From Naegleria gruberi (Eukaryota), in assembly GCA_000004985.1 (NCBI GenBank), contig GG738848.1: DNA of 64,000 nt; one strand, 5' to 3'. The notes beneath the pieces were generated by a model. That model ran no database searches. It saw nothing but the letters and a program-made list of their open reading frames with translations, and was not told where the DNA came from. Position 1 is the stretch's first letter; each line of letters starts with the position of its first letter. Shown here one piece after another: positions 37,685 through 48,052 of the stretch. Position numbers and translations under genes: made by a program.

Positions 37685-37873
37685 ATGATGCTTAATTGCC
37701 AATTCAGTGATGAAATTATCAAAACCTATGAAGAAATGAGAATGGGAAAGGGTTCTAATAAGGATAAAAAGTTTCTAGTATTGAAAATGCAAGAAAGTTC
37801 CATTCAAATAGATCATGATTTGAGTCAACTCTCTTCATTGGATGAATTGACTTCAAATCTCCCAGATCCCTAA
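37685..37873 (+). pseudogene. Truncated ADF-H (cofilin/actin-depolymerising-factor) N-terminal fragment, 62 aa
   Basis: MMLNCQFSDEIIKTYEEMRMGKGSNKDKKFLVLKMQESSIQIDHD...LTSNLPDP aligns with the first half of cofilin ([27 protein letters not shown]...EKLPEND). A TAA follows directly, and no splice donor is present before it to reach a second half. Confidence 0.4.
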
Positions 37874-37929
37874 TTAATCAAAATCCTTTCAATTTCCAAT
37901 CTTATATGTAAATAATAATAAATATGCAT

Positions 37930-38517
37930 TTAATTATGTTGTGGAGTAACATTTTGATAAGCAACAGCTTCAATTTCAACAACACCACCCTTTGGCAAAG
38001 CCTTAACAGCAAAAGTAGCTCTTGCAGGCTTATTATTTGGGAAATATGATTCATAAATCTTATTGACAACTTCAAAGTGAGCCATATCAGTCAAAAGAAT
38101 AGTAGTCTTCAAAACATTATCCATTGAACTACCAGCATCTTCCAAAATAGCAGACATATTCTTCAAAGCTTGATGACATTGAGCATCGAGACCTTCAGCC
38201 AAAGCACCAGTCTTTGGATCAAGACCAAGTTGTCCACTAACAAAAACAAGTCTTTCATTGAGAATGGTAGCTTGACTGTATGGTCCAATAGCCTTTGGTC
38301 CTCTTTCAGTGTTGAACAATTTGTGAGAATTGTTAGTTGGTGGACAAGTTGGAGTGAGACAAATGTTTTGACATGTTGAGAAACATTGAATAGCAGCTGG
38401 AGTATTCTTTCTCATCAATGAAAGAAGAGAAGAAGCCTTCTTGGTGGTGGTGGAACGAACAGATCTGATCATTTTCTTTAAATATATTATTATAATAATA
38501 ACATTATCATCATTCAT
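37930..38517 (-). CDS. RidA/YjgF/UK114 reactive-intermediate deaminase, probably mitochondrial
   Basis: Core GPYSQATILNERLVFVSGQLGLDP...LKNMSAILEDAGSSMDNVLKTTILLTDMAHF...ATFAVKALPKGGVVEIEAVA. There are two candidate ATGs, at 38517 and 38472. The latter gives MIRSVRSTTTKKASSLLSLMRKN, which is presequence-like. Confidence 0.85.
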   Translation of the reverse strand: MNDDNVIIIIIYLKKMIRSVRSTTTKKASSLLSLMRKNTPAAIQCFSTCQNICLTPTCPPTNNSHKLFNTERGPKAIGPYSQATILNERLVFVSGQLGLDPKTGALAEGLDAQCHQALKNMSAILEDAGSSMDNVLKTTILLTDMAHFEVVNKIYESYFPNNKPARATFAVKALPKGGVVEIEAVAYQNVTPQHN

Positions 38518-38940
38518 TAAATCACATCATCATTATTGTATTCATCATCATTCCGAAATAATTATTGTTGTTGATCAACAACATCATCAATGTCCAATTA
38601 TAATAGTAATTCGCATAAATTGCCAATGTGTTGAGTGTTCAAGAAGTAACAACACAACACCATCATCATCAAGAAATAATAAAAATGTTAAGCTTGTTGT
38701 TGTGCACAAAGAAAAACAAACCTTTTAAAATATTTTTTTTTGATATAATTTTTGTAGTTCTATTTCAACAACATCTACAAGGTTAATAAGTTCATGATCA
38801 AGCTATCTTAATTATCATTTCACAAATACTATTCGAAACAAGTAATGTCTCATCTTTCTAAACCAAATGAGATTTGAATCTAGATTACTTGTTAGATGAT
38901 TTGAGGAGTCTCCACTGAGTATCAAAATTTGAGAAGGTTG

Positions 38941-40578
38941 TTAAAACATGGATTGGTCATTTAGTTTGGTCAATTTGGGAAATAGTTTAAAATTTTCATG
39001 TTGTAGGGCACAATTCACTTTCAACAATTCCAAACTTTTAAAATTTTCTGGATTATTTGCAATGCAATTAATATTCGTAATGACAGGTTCATCCAAAGTC
39101 AATTTTGTCAATTGTTCTGTTTTCCCACATTCAGCAAATATTCTAATATCGTTACCCGAAAGTATACACCATTCCAAAGAAAGGTCAGTAATATTTGGAA
39201 GAAAACTGCAAGCCACAAGTACTTTCATATCTATTGAACAGTTTTCTAGCCTGAGACTTCTCAAATTGCATGCAAACTTATCCAGAGACCTAAAGTCAAT
39301 TCCTGAAAAGTAAGCCAAATCCAAATAAATTAAATGTTTCAAAAATTTACAATTTTCCAAATTAAAAAAGGTTTTTTGTAAAGAATCAAAATCAAGTTTT
39401 AGAGTTGTCAGATTATCAAATATTGGCTTTCTTAGGAAGCTGTTGTCTGCAAAGTAATCAAATACCTTTAGTGTCTTGATGTTTAACATGGAATCATTGT
39501 CAAATAGTTCAATAAATGTTGGAGTGACATCTTTAAAATCATTAATCACCATAACGATAGAGTTTAAATTATTCGTGGTGGGATTGTTCATCACAATTTC
39601 GTAGAGTTTAACCTCATCTGTTCTGTTAAAGAAAAATTGAAAATTCGTTAGATTATTAAATATTGGTTTTTCAAAGAAGGAAGTTGACTGTTCAGTAATA
39701 TAATTCATGCTAATGTCTAAACTGGTTAAATTTCTCAAACTTTCAACTTTCAGTAAATCTTCATCTCTTAAACAATTTCTTCCATAGTTGAGATCTTTCA
39801 GATTTTGAAATGTGGATAAAATTCTTGTGAAATATTGGGATATTCCCTGAGTAAATTCATTGAATTCAGGACTGCAAGAGTTCATATTTAAACTTGTCAA
39901 TGATTCGGCAAACTTGCTAGTCAATATCAATTCGCATCCATCTTCCTCTAAAATATTACTAGAAATATCCAAAGCTGTCAAATTTTTCAAAACTTCACTA
40001 GAAGTAAGATGCTCCACTTGAAATCTCACTAAATTAATTGATTTCAACTCTAAAACTTGCAAATTACTCAAACTTGAGCTATTTGCAATGGATTTTACCA
40101 ATTCTTCACCAAGTTTCACTTCATTCAAACGAAACCTCTTCAATTTTGGATAATTCCAAACAAAATGATCATCCTCATCCTCTTTTCTCTCATCCCCCCA
40201 TCCAGATTCTATACAAATATTAAATTTCGAGTATGAAAAATCCAACTCTTCCACATTTTCAAATTCCTTCCTCGAATTTAATAATTTAAAACTTGAATCT
40301 TTCATGTAATGTGCCTTCACTGATCTAATTTTTAAATCTCTTATTTCCACTTGATCTTTTCTTTCAAAAGCAAACAATTCTTCATGTTGCTGATCATCAT
40401 CAAAATAAATAAAAGTATTTAACATTTTCCGATTGTAGAATGAAATAGCTAAAGGAATATTCCGAGATTGTAAAAGCCACTGTTTGGACACAAGACTTGT
40501 CGAGTGGATAAGTGATGGCGTTGGAAGGAAGGAGAGAATTTCATACAGCTCATCATTATTGAATAGTTGTTGAGACAT
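38941..40578 (-). CDS. F-box / leucine-rich-repeat protein
   Basis: ATG at 40578. F-box LYEILSFLPTPSLIHSTSLVSKQWL, followed by about 15 LRR units (L..L..L.L..N.I). Confidence 0.75.
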   Translation of the reverse strand: MSQQLFNNDELYEILSFLPTPSLIHSTSLVSKQWLLQSRNIPLAISFYNRKMLNTFIYFDDDQQHEELFAFERKDQVEIRDLKIRSVKAHYMKDSSFKLLNSRKEFENVEELDFSYSKFNICIESGWGDERKEDEDDHFVWNYPKLKRFRLNEVKLGEELVKSIANSSSLSNLQVLELKSINLVRFQVEHLTSSEVLKNLTALDISSNILEEDGCELILTSKFAESLTSLNMNSCSPEFNEFTQGISQYFTRILSTFQNLKDLNYGRNCLRDEDLLKVESLRNLTSLDISMNYITEQSTSFFEKPIFNNLTNFQFFFNRTDEVKLYEIVMNNPTTNNLNSIVMVINDFKDVTPTFIELFDNDSMLNIKTLKVFDYFADNSFLRKPIFDNLTTLKLDFDSLQKTFFNLENCKFLKHLIYLDLAYFSGIDFRSLDKFACNLRSLRLENCSIDMKVLVACSFLPNITDLSLEWCILSGNDIRIFAECGKTEQLTKLTLDEPVITNINCIANNPENFKSLELLKVNCALQHENFKLFPKLTKLNDQSMF

Positions 40579-40712
40579 TTTTTAATCTATTGTATTTGTT
40601 ACAAACCTTTCGAAAACAAAAAATCAACAGATTATTCAATTAATTACAAGGTCTAAAATAATTCACACATGATTTGTAATCATAAGTATTTATTATTTTA
40701 ACTTGATGTGAA

Positions 40713-40793
40713 GCGGTCTTGACCGAGTGGTTAAGGTGATTGACTAGAAATCAATTGGGGCGACCCGCACAGGTTCGAATCCTGTAGTCCGCG
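40713..40793 (+). tRNA. tRNA-Ser (AGA)
   Basis: Acceptor GCGGTCT/AGTCCGC with one T-T mismatch at 5:68. D-arm ACC..GAGTGGTTAAG..GGT. Anticodon stem ATTGA/TCAAT, loop CTAGAAA. Long variable arm. T-arm ACAGG TTCGAAT CCTGT. T-runs lie downstream. Confidence 0.75.
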
Positions 40794-40895
40794 AAATTTT
40801 ACCTTTTTGTGATCTTAAAAATGAGTTCACATTTTCACCAATAACACACTTATACTTGCTAATTAGAAACAGTTTCTTCTTTTATTGCTATTGTT

Positions 40896-41789
40896 TTACT
40901 CGTATGAAGTAGAACTCAAAAAGCTATCGCAATCATCATCAGCTCCACCTTGAGCAGAATTCGATGGATGTAAGTTACCATTCAATTGATATTGTTGATC
41001 TTCCACAAACCAACAATCAATTGCATTACTAGTTGATTGACAATTCAATAATGGTTGCATGTTTCGTATTCTATTTTCTGTTTGCATGTTAGGCATCAAT
41101 GTTGGAAAGGTTTGAGATGGAATATTGTTCGAAGGTAGAACACTATTCATATTAGTTTCAAAGGGAGGGCAAGGTAGCTGACCCACAGATGAACAGCTCG
41201 ATGAAGAATTGATCAACATTGAGTCTTTCTGTAGTAAGTTTTGAGAATAGTTTCCAATAACTTTTTGCATGTAGTGTAGACATGCATGAAGGTTACTGTT
41301 TGAATAAGATGTTGGAGGATCAATGGAGGTATTACTCGATGATGATGAATTTGGTGTAGAGAATCTATGTTCTGAGTAGTAACTATCAGATGAAACTAAA
41401 CTATTCTTCCTGTTAGTTTCTTTGACTTGAACCTTCTCTGAAGTAACCACTCGATTCTTCTTTGATGGATTTCTTACACCTCTATTACATGTCCTTATCT
41501 GATCATGCTTTGGATTAGTACCAGAATCTAATAGATTAGTTTCATTTCTATCTGCATGTACTAAAGGTGGAGTAACAATCTTGTACACAGTAAGATCGCC
41601 ACCAGAGGGAGCACTCTTATCCCATTCAAAATAGTTTTCTAATAACTTGTCGTGTTGCAAAGTCTGTCTCAATCTGGTGTTTCGAATATTCAGTTGATGG
41701 TTTCGTTTCATAACCTTCACTTTGGCTTTAATATTCTTGGTTTCGTCAACGAAAGAGAATGAGTTGTTGTTGTTGTTTTGATTCTTCAT
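40896..41789 (-). CDS. Hypothetical protein rich in Asn/Ser low complexity
   Basis: ATG at 41789 and a 297-aa ORF. Basic N-terminal region (KAKVKVMKRNHQLNIRNTRLRQ), then poly-Ser. No domain recognised. Confidence 0.45.
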   Translation of the reverse strand: MKNQNNNNNSFSFVDETKNIKAKVKVMKRNHQLNIRNTRLRQTLQHDKLLENYFEWDKSAPSGGDLTVYKIVTPPLVHADRNETNLLDSGTNPKHDQIRTCNRGVRNPSKKNRVVTSEKVQVKETNRKNSLVSSDSYYSEHRFSTPNSSSSSNTSIDPPTSYSNSNLHACLHYMQKVIGNYSQNLLQKDSMLINSSSSCSSVGQLPCPPFETNMNSVLPSNNIPSQTFPTLMPNMQTENRIRNMQPLLNCQSTSNAIDCWFVEDQQYQLNGNLHPSNSAQGGADDDCDSFLSSTSYE

Positions 41790-42307
41790 TGTTGCTTCTT
41801 TTTTTTAAACGATTCTTCTTCTTTCTAATAATTAACAAAAACTAATTGGACTCACCAATCAGACAGTACCACTTTCGAATAATAGGTAAAAAATAAAACC
41901 TACATAATTCATCCGTAGTAACACAACTTTGTGTGCGCAATTTTCACATGAACCACTGAAAAACAGAACAAAACTATTAATTAAACGTTTTTTTAATATT
42001 TTGATATTCTGAATATTTACACAATGAACCCAGTTAAACCGCATCCAAACGCTTAAATTCGATTTGACCCCTCAATCATAATTCTACTCATTTCAGACAT
42101 TGACTAAAGTGGACTAAGCGAAGAGAGATCTACATTATCTGAAATGCCAGATAACTGCACTTTTAACAAGCTAGCTCCAATTTAACAATTATGTACCATA
42201 TTAGCAAAGAGACATGAAACAAGTACCTTCTTAATTACTAAACTCGAATTCAAAATGAAGTACTAATTGGAACTATTTGTGCTTGTTTGCTTCAAATGGA
42301 ATTTGCT

Positions 42308-43519
42308 TTACATTTTCATATTTCGCTTAAATTTTCTATGAATTTTCACCAATTCTTCGCATAGACAGGCTTCCATTTCTCTGAATAAATCAAATCTCAA
42401 GAGTTGAGTTGATTCCTGCTCATGGAGTAAATAATTTTCTTGAATTTCTTTGCAAATGGAAGCAATCAAGCTCTTGCTGACATACTTGTATGGTTGTTTC
42501 TTAATGGAATCTTTTAGATAGTTTCGATAAATGGAAAGTGCTTGCTCTCTTTTAGCTTCATCATTTTGTAAAGTGTTAAATGTGATAATTTCTTGTAAAA
42601 GTGCAAAAACATGTTCAACATTTTGAACTTTGCATGCTTGTTTGAAATATTTGGACAGGTTTGGATTCCTAATTGTATCCAACATTTGCATAGTTTTGGA
42701 ATTGTTCAATGTTTCGGATACAACAGATTCTCTCTTTAGATTAATGAGTGTCATTCCCAAAACAATTGGAAGGACAATTGCCAAGCAAGCACCAACAACT
42801 GCAAGGTTAGTAGTTGAGGCATCATAGACCTTATCATCCTTTCCTCTTCCTTCATTCTTAATAGTACCAAAGAATGAACCTTGTTGTTTCGACCAGTTTC
42901 CAATAGCATTCTGATAAATTTGACCCTTGTACAAATCCTTAGCACGCGCATAATTGCCATTCTCTAACTCTTTTATAATCTCTTCCATCAATGGTAATGT
43001 ATACATATCACTTCCATTCTTACTTGCATGATTGAAATTTGTGGAATTTGTGGTTGACTCAATATTTGCAAAGATTCTATTGAGAGCTTCGACCATTTGA
43101 TCCCTGTAGACGTACCACAGCTTGGTTTCTTCATTACTTCCTGATAGTGCGCCTACTCTCACAATATCCAACAAGAGCTCACCAGTATTGAGCGCGTCAC
43201 CTCTTGCAATTAATGTTCTGACAGCTGGCTGATTGGAAATTTGAAACATGTTGATTGTTATACCGGCAACAATAATAAAAGCAGCAACATTGATCAACAA
43301 ACTAACAATTGAAAACAATCTCAAACAATCCAACTCTAAAATGCCACAACAAATTTTGACTTTGACGTTTAAAGTAGAGATGGTTGTCTTGGAGAAACGA
43401 GATGTTCTAGAGGTTTTCGAGTTGGTTCTGGATATTATGGATTTAGTTTCAGCTATTGTTGGTACAGAATTTGAAGTTGCGTCAAGAATTGCAACTTTTT
43501 TGAGTTGTTTGTTTTCCAT
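42308..43519 (-). CDS. Two-TM receptor-like protein with a C-terminal RGS-like helical domain (paralog A)
   Basis: The first ATG is near 43519; the ORF-track start is a GTG. The order is a cytosolic N-terminus, TM1 (LFSIVSLLINVAAFIIVAGITI), an extracellular domain of about 170 aa, TM2 (LAVVGACLAIVLPIVLGMTLI), then FKQACKVQNVEHVFALLQEIITF...REQALSIYRNYL...LLRFDLFREME. That last block is consistent with an RGS fold, but the call is tentative. Confidence 0.6.
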   Translation of the reverse strand: MENKQLKKVAILDATSNSVPTIAETKSIISRTNSKTSRTSRFSKTTISTLNVKVKICCGILELDCLRLFSIVSLLINVAAFIIVAGITINMFQISNQPAVRTLIARGDALNTGELLLDIVRVGALSGSNEETKLWYVYRDQMVEALNRIFANIESTTNSTNFNHASKNGSDMYTLPLMEEIIKELENGNYARAKDLYKGQIYQNAIGNWSKQQGSFFGTIKNEGRGKDDKVYDASTTNLAVVGACLAIVLPIVLGMTLINLKRESVVSETLNNSKTMQMLDTIRNPNLSKYFKQACKVQNVEHVFALLQEIITFNTLQNDEAKREQALSIYRNYLKDSIKKQPYKYVSKSLIASICKEIQENYLLHEQESTQLLRFDLFREMEACLCEELVKIHRKFKRNMKM

Positions 43520-43964
43520 TTGAGTTTTGACTTTTTTTTTTTGATTATACAGAGATTGAACAGTTGATATCAGATTTCTTCTGTTTGACACCTATTGAAA
43601 TGTTTGATAAGAATGGATTGTTTCAGAAGCTAGTTTCTCAAAGATAAGACAGTTGACTTGACTTGACAAGAAATTCGCAAATGTTCATTCCCTTCGAACA
43701 AATGAAAGTTATGAAACATAGAAGAGTCCCCACCATTTAATACACGCATGCCATTTGAACATCATCATTGGTTCCCTTGTTACAACAATTTTCAAACCAT
43801 ACCTTCTATATTTAGTAACAAGTAATGAAATCAAAAAAAAAGAGACGTTAGATTTAATATTTTTATTGTTTAGTAGGTTCCAATTTTGAGTTTGGTTCAT
43901 AGGGGGAAGGAGGCATCAAAGATAATCAAATGGCGATATTGAAAAAACAAACAGAAAAAAAAAG
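43520..43964. promoter_or_regulatory. Divergent intergenic region between the two RGS-like paralogs (putative bidirectional promoter)
   Basis: About 445 bp separate the two divergently transcribed start codons. It contains a 12-T run. Confidence 0.3.
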
Positions 43965-45431
43965 ATGACACTTGGTGCTGAAGAGACAATAGACGAAAGA
44001 TTGGACGAAAGTCCACCACAAGAAGAGTTCAACTCGGTGCAGATGCAGGAAATACAGATACAGGAAAATGCATGCAAGAAAGTGGTGACACTGATGGAAG
44101 AACATGATGGTCATGTTGTAGTGTTCAAGAGAGATTCGTCTGAAGAAGAGGATAACGATTCGTCTACTGATGTAGATTCTAATATTGCCATCGATGAATT
44201 TGAGATTGAATTACCAGATATCAGAGACGTTACTAGTTTGACATCTGCCACACCAATTTCAGCCAAAAGTCCAGTTGGAAATCCAGATCTGCCACTTGTC
44301 AGTTCACAATCTCAACAACCTAACAAGAAAAAATTCAAGATCAAATGCAATGCCTTTCGTTTGATCACATTAGCCAGTTTACTTTTCAACATTGTTGCAT
44401 TCCTTGCCCTCATTGGCCTCACAATCAATACCTATCTCAGTTCGAATAATACTTCAGTTGAGATTCTAATAGCTCGTGGTGATACGAATTATTATAATAC
44501 GGTACTTTGGGACACTGCCAAGTTGGCAGTCTTGACAAATGACAGTTCCACAACCAGTCGTTACACAACCAATGCCAAGAATTTTAGAAATTCATTGAAA
44601 AATATCCTTAATGGACTTCCGTCTGGTTTCCAATGGAAAATTTTGGATGGAACGAATGCGACCTCAAAAGCTCCAATGTTTCCTTATTATGACAGATTAT
44701 TCAATTTGACAACTGCCAAGAAATGGACAGAAGCAAGACAACTCTATTTTTCAACTGATTATCAGTCAACCTTAACACAATGGAATATTGATTATCAACA
44801 ATTTCATGAATCCATTACAAAAGTAGGTCAAGGATTAGATGACTATGTATTTGCCTCAAGTATTGCCAATTTGGTGATTATTGGTATTTCTTTGGCTATT
44901 GTTGTGCCAGTAATTGTCTTTGTTTTCGTATTGATGGTTAGAAAGGATGGAATGGCTAAGAGTTCATTGCAATCACTCAATTCTGAAATGATTTTAGAAA
45001 CGATGAGAAATGAACAGATGAGAGAAGATTTTAAGAATCATTGTATGGCAAGTAATATGTATGAATATTACTCTATATTGGAAAAGATGGTTATTTATTC
45101 TGAAATTTGTGGTCAAATTGCAGAGTTGACTAAACATGGTAAAGCCAGTGAACAAGTTCAGTTGTTGGAAAAGACAAAGATTGAAATTGCTTTTGAAATC
45201 ATTGCTGATGTCCAAGAAAGTAATAGCTCAGTACTCGATGAAAATACACGAAACTACATTAGTTCAACCGTTGATGAAGTGAATAATTCACTGAATGAGA
45301 GAGAAGATCTTGAGCAGAATAATCTTTCACCAACTCTATTCCACGACTTGGAAAAGGAAATCCAAGATCAACTTCTTTATGTACACTATGTCTTTAAACA
45401 CCAAAACACAAAAGTAATAAACACAGTGTAA
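43965..45431 (+). CDS. Two-TM receptor-like protein with a C-terminal RGS-like helical domain (paralog B)
   Basis: ATG at 43965. Same architecture as paralog A: an acidic cytosolic N-terminus, TM1 (LITLASLLFNIVAFLALIGLTI), an ectodomain with N-glycosylation sequons, TM2 (LVIIGISLAIVVPVIVFVFVLM), then FKNHCMASNMYEYYSILEKMVIYSEI... Collinear similarity to paralog A (ILIARGD, the TM segments). Confidence 0.6.
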   Translation: MTLGAEETIDERLDESPPQEEFNSVQMQEIQIQENACKKVVTLMEEHDGHVVVFKRDSSEEEDNDSSTDVDSNIAIDEFEIELPDIRDVTSLTSATPISAKSPVGNPDLPLVSSQSQQPNKKKFKIKCNAFRLITLASLLFNIVAFLALIGLTINTYLSSNNTSVEILIARGDTNYYNTVLWDTAKLAVLTNDSSTTSRYTTNAKNFRNSLKNILNGLPSGFQWKILDGTNATSKAPMFPYYDRLFNLTTAKKWTEARQLYFSTDYQSTLTQWNIDYQQFHESITKVGQGLDDYVFASSIANLVIIGISLAIVVPVIVFVFVLMVRKDGMAKSSLQSLNSEMILETMRNEQMREDFKNHCMASNMYEYYSILEKMVIYSEICGQIAELTKHGKASEQVQLLEKTKIEIAFEIIADVQESNSSVLDENTRNYISSTVDEVNNSLNEREDLEQNNLSPTLFHDLEKEIQDQLLYVHYVFKHQNTKVINTV

Positions 45432-45462
45432 AGATTTAGATAAATCCAAAATATCAAAACAA

Positions 45463-45549
45463 TCCGATGAGACGGAATCGAACCGCCGACCACAGGATGA
45501 CAGTTTTTCTTGCTACAGTCCCATGCTCTACCAGCTGAGCTATCATCGG
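45463..45549 (-). tRNA. tRNA-Tyr (GTA) with a 14-nt intron
   Basis: Reverse complement: CCGATGA TA GCTC AGCTGGTA GAGC A TGGGA CTGTAG[CAAGAAAAACTGTC]A TCCTG TGGTC GGCGG TTCGATT CCGTC TCATCGG A. The acceptor stem is perfect and the discriminator is A73. Confidence 0.85.
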
Positions 45550-45696
45550 TTACAGAAATTGAATCAATGAAAACTTTTTGTATTAATAAATTCCTAGGAG
45601 AAAGGATCTATCAGATGAAATCAAAAAAGTGAAAATAATGACACTGTTGAAAATATAGTGTTTACTCTTTCATCACCAAATGGCTTCCTTTTCCGG

Positions 45697-47469
45697 TCAT
45701 TCATTGCAAGAGTAATAATATCTGGAAATACTGAAGGTACCTAATGATGCTACATTATCATGGGAATCATAAAACTCTTTGATAGACCTGTGATCGGCAG
45801 CTTGAATGTCACCATTAGGTCTTGGGTCTGTATTTGTTTCAACCACCACATATTTCAATGTTTTTGATACTTGACTCAATCTAGATGTGAATTCAGTCAT
45901 ATTTAACCATCCATTTGTGTGTCTTGAATTGTAATCAAATACAATATCAATATTATACAGCTGTTTGAGAAAATCTATTTGATGAAATAGATATTCATTT
46001 TCATGAAATCCTGATAAGACCAGATATTTCAAGTTAGGCATAACTTTGCATGATAACATGGATTCTAAAATTGTTCTACTGGTTTTTCCTATTTTCATTA
46101 CTGATTCATTATCTCTATACCCATCATCATCTTCAACAACGATTCTCAAATATTTCACTCCTGGAAATGTACATCCATTGAAAAATGAACCCCACCTATT
46201 CTGAGGATGCTTACTGTATGCGCTTAAATTATTATATTCAATGGAAAGAAATCTGATATTTGAAGGGAATTCGAAATCTTTCAAAGGATCCAAATAAAGA
46301 AGATTGATTAAACTTAGGCATATTGATCCTAACAATCTTTCCTTCAATTCGTTTAGGTTAACAGTTTCGTCTATCTCCTTATTAGTTGATTCCTTTTCTT
46401 CATCAATTTGCAAATTTGTCTCAACGTTGTCTCCATTGGAAACTTGAGTAAAGTCTTCATTTTTCAGTAATAGTAATAGAGGTGAGGCCAAAAGAGAGTA
46501 AACGTTCCAATAGGAAAGTAAGGCAATTGTCAAAAGGCCGGCATACATTATTCCATCATTGCTTTGAATATTTCTTGATAGTTCTTTGGGATGCATTCCT
46601 GTGAATGGCATTTGTTTTTCAATATTCTTTACAAAATATTCCCAACCAATAGATGATTCAATTCTAATTCCAAGACTTTTTCCGCTCTGTTTCCTTCCAA
46701 TAACTACACTTTTAACCCTTGATGAGAATGACTTGATAGGCCAGTTCTCGACATGGTTTTCAGAAAGTAGGAAATTCTCTCCAACAGACCAATAGTCAGA
46801 CAAAGATTCTGTATGCATGTATTTGTACATTTCAAGTGAGAGCATTAGTGACTGTGTGAGAAACATTTCAAAAGCATGCTCCTTATTTTTGTAATATAGC
46901 TCATAATCCTCAAATGAAATGTTAAATCTATTCAATCTTGATTGAATCATCTCCTTACAAGCATCCTCATCACAATAATCATTCATATGCAATGGATCTG
47001 TAATAATACTGCTTATTGTATCAAAATCCAGTTTTTGACTTGTTTTTCCTCTCTCAATAGCTCCAATCATTACCTCAAGTCGAAGAGCTTCATCCATCTC
47101 AGTGGTATTCAAATCTCCTTGGCACAAATCCAAAGAATCAAAAGAGTTTGTTCTAATCCAGTACATGATTTTCTGATGAAAAACAAATCCTTTCAACCAA
47201 AACCTCTCAAAAGCCTCATCTCCATTCCCCACTATCATTTCCCTCAACCTTCTCGTAATGGATCCGAATCGGATCACTGATTTAATATTTTCAAAAGGTG
47301 GTATGTAATTTTCTACCTGACTAACCAATCTCATATCCACCCTATCATCATGTAACCTATCGAGATCACCAACCAGATACGAAATAATCTCCAAAATAAG
47401 TTCCTTCGGTATTGATTGAAAATTGTAAGTCGAATAATCTCTTTCTAAATATCTTTGATTTGATATCAT
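45697..47469 (-). CDS. F-box / LRR-like protein
   Basis: The first ATG is at 47469 (MISNQRYLERDY...). F-box IPKELILEIISYLVGDLDRL. The C-terminal half has irregular LRR-like units (LKYLVLSGF, NIRFLSIEYNNL). Confidence 0.7.
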   Translation of the reverse strand: MISNQRYLERDYSTYNFQSIPKELILEIISYLVGDLDRLHDDRVDMRLVSQVENYIPPFENIKSVIRFGSITRRLREMIVGNGDEAFERFWLKGFVFHQKIMYWIRTNSFDSLDLCQGDLNTTEMDEALRLEVMIGAIERGKTSQKLDFDTISSIITDPLHMNDYCDEDACKEMIQSRLNRFNISFEDYELYYKNKEHAFEMFLTQSLMLSLEMYKYMHTESLSDYWSVGENFLLSENHVENWPIKSFSSRVKSVVIGRKQSGKSLGIRIESSIGWEYFVKNIEKQMPFTGMHPKELSRNIQSNDGIMYAGLLTIALLSYWNVYSLLASPLLLLLKNEDFTQVSNGDNVETNLQIDEEKESTNKEIDETVNLNELKERLLGSICLSLINLLYLDPLKDFEFPSNIRFLSIEYNNLSAYSKHPQNRWGSFFNGCTFPGVKYLRIVVEDDDGYRDNESVMKIGKTSRTILESMLSCKVMPNLKYLVLSGFHENEYLFHQIDFLKQLYNIDIVFDYNSRHTNGWLNMTEFTSRLSQVSKTLKYVVVETNTDPRPNGDIQAADHRSIKEFYDSHDNVASLGTFSISRYYYSCNE

Positions 47470-47620
47470 TTTTTTGAAATATTTAATTTTCTTTTTTTTT
47501 GTAAATATCAAAATTGCACACAAATCTCAAATATTGTTAAAACTCATTGAGTCAATTCTTCATCCCGATTTTTATAATCAATTATCGGGATTGAATGCTA
47601 ATCAGGTTCCAAAAAGAAAA
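47470..47620. promoter_or_regulatory. About 150-bp divergent intergenic region shared by the F-box gene and the DHNA gene
   Basis: The start codons at 47469 (minus) and 47621 (plus) are only about 150 bp apart. Confidence 0.3.
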
Positions 47621-48052
47621 ATGCCACCTTATTCCCTTCACGATAATCAAGTCTCTACCTCTTCATCATCAGAAAGGAGAAATATTGCTAGTATCGGAGT
47701 GTTGGAACATCGTGTTAATTGTATTATTGGAGTGAATCCAGAGGAGAGAGTCAATACACAAGATATTCTGATTGATATTGAAGTACAATATGATATTAGT
47801 CAAGCTGCTGCATCGGACAATGTTGTGGATACGTTCAGTTATGTGGATTTGAGAGATTTAGCAACAGAATTGGCTACTACGAGAAAGTACCAATTATTGG
47901 AAACTTTCTGTGTTGAATTCATTGATAGAGTTGAGAAGGATTACATCTCCAAGGGAGTCTTGAGTTGTTTTATCCAAATTAAAAAGCCAGAAGTGATGAA
48001 AACCACCAAATACCCATACGTTGCTCTGAAGAGAAATTTTGTCCAATTCTAA
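47621..48052 (+). CDS. folB: 7,8-dihydroneopterin aldolase (FolB), stand-alone
   Basis: The first ATG is at 47621 (MPPYSL...); the ORF-track start at 47474 is a TTG. FolB colinearity: IGVLEHRVNCIIGVNPEERVNTQDILIDIEV..DISQAAASDNVVDTFSYVDL..., ...LLETFCVEFIDRV.....VLSCFIQIKKP. Confidence 0.8.
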   Translation: MPPYSLHDNQVSTSSSSERRNIASIGVLEHRVNCIIGVNPEERVNTQDILIDIEVQYDISQAAASDNVVDTFSYVDLRDLATELATTRKYQLLETFCVEFIDRVEKDYISKGVLSCFIQIKKPEVMKTTKYPYVALKRNFVQF

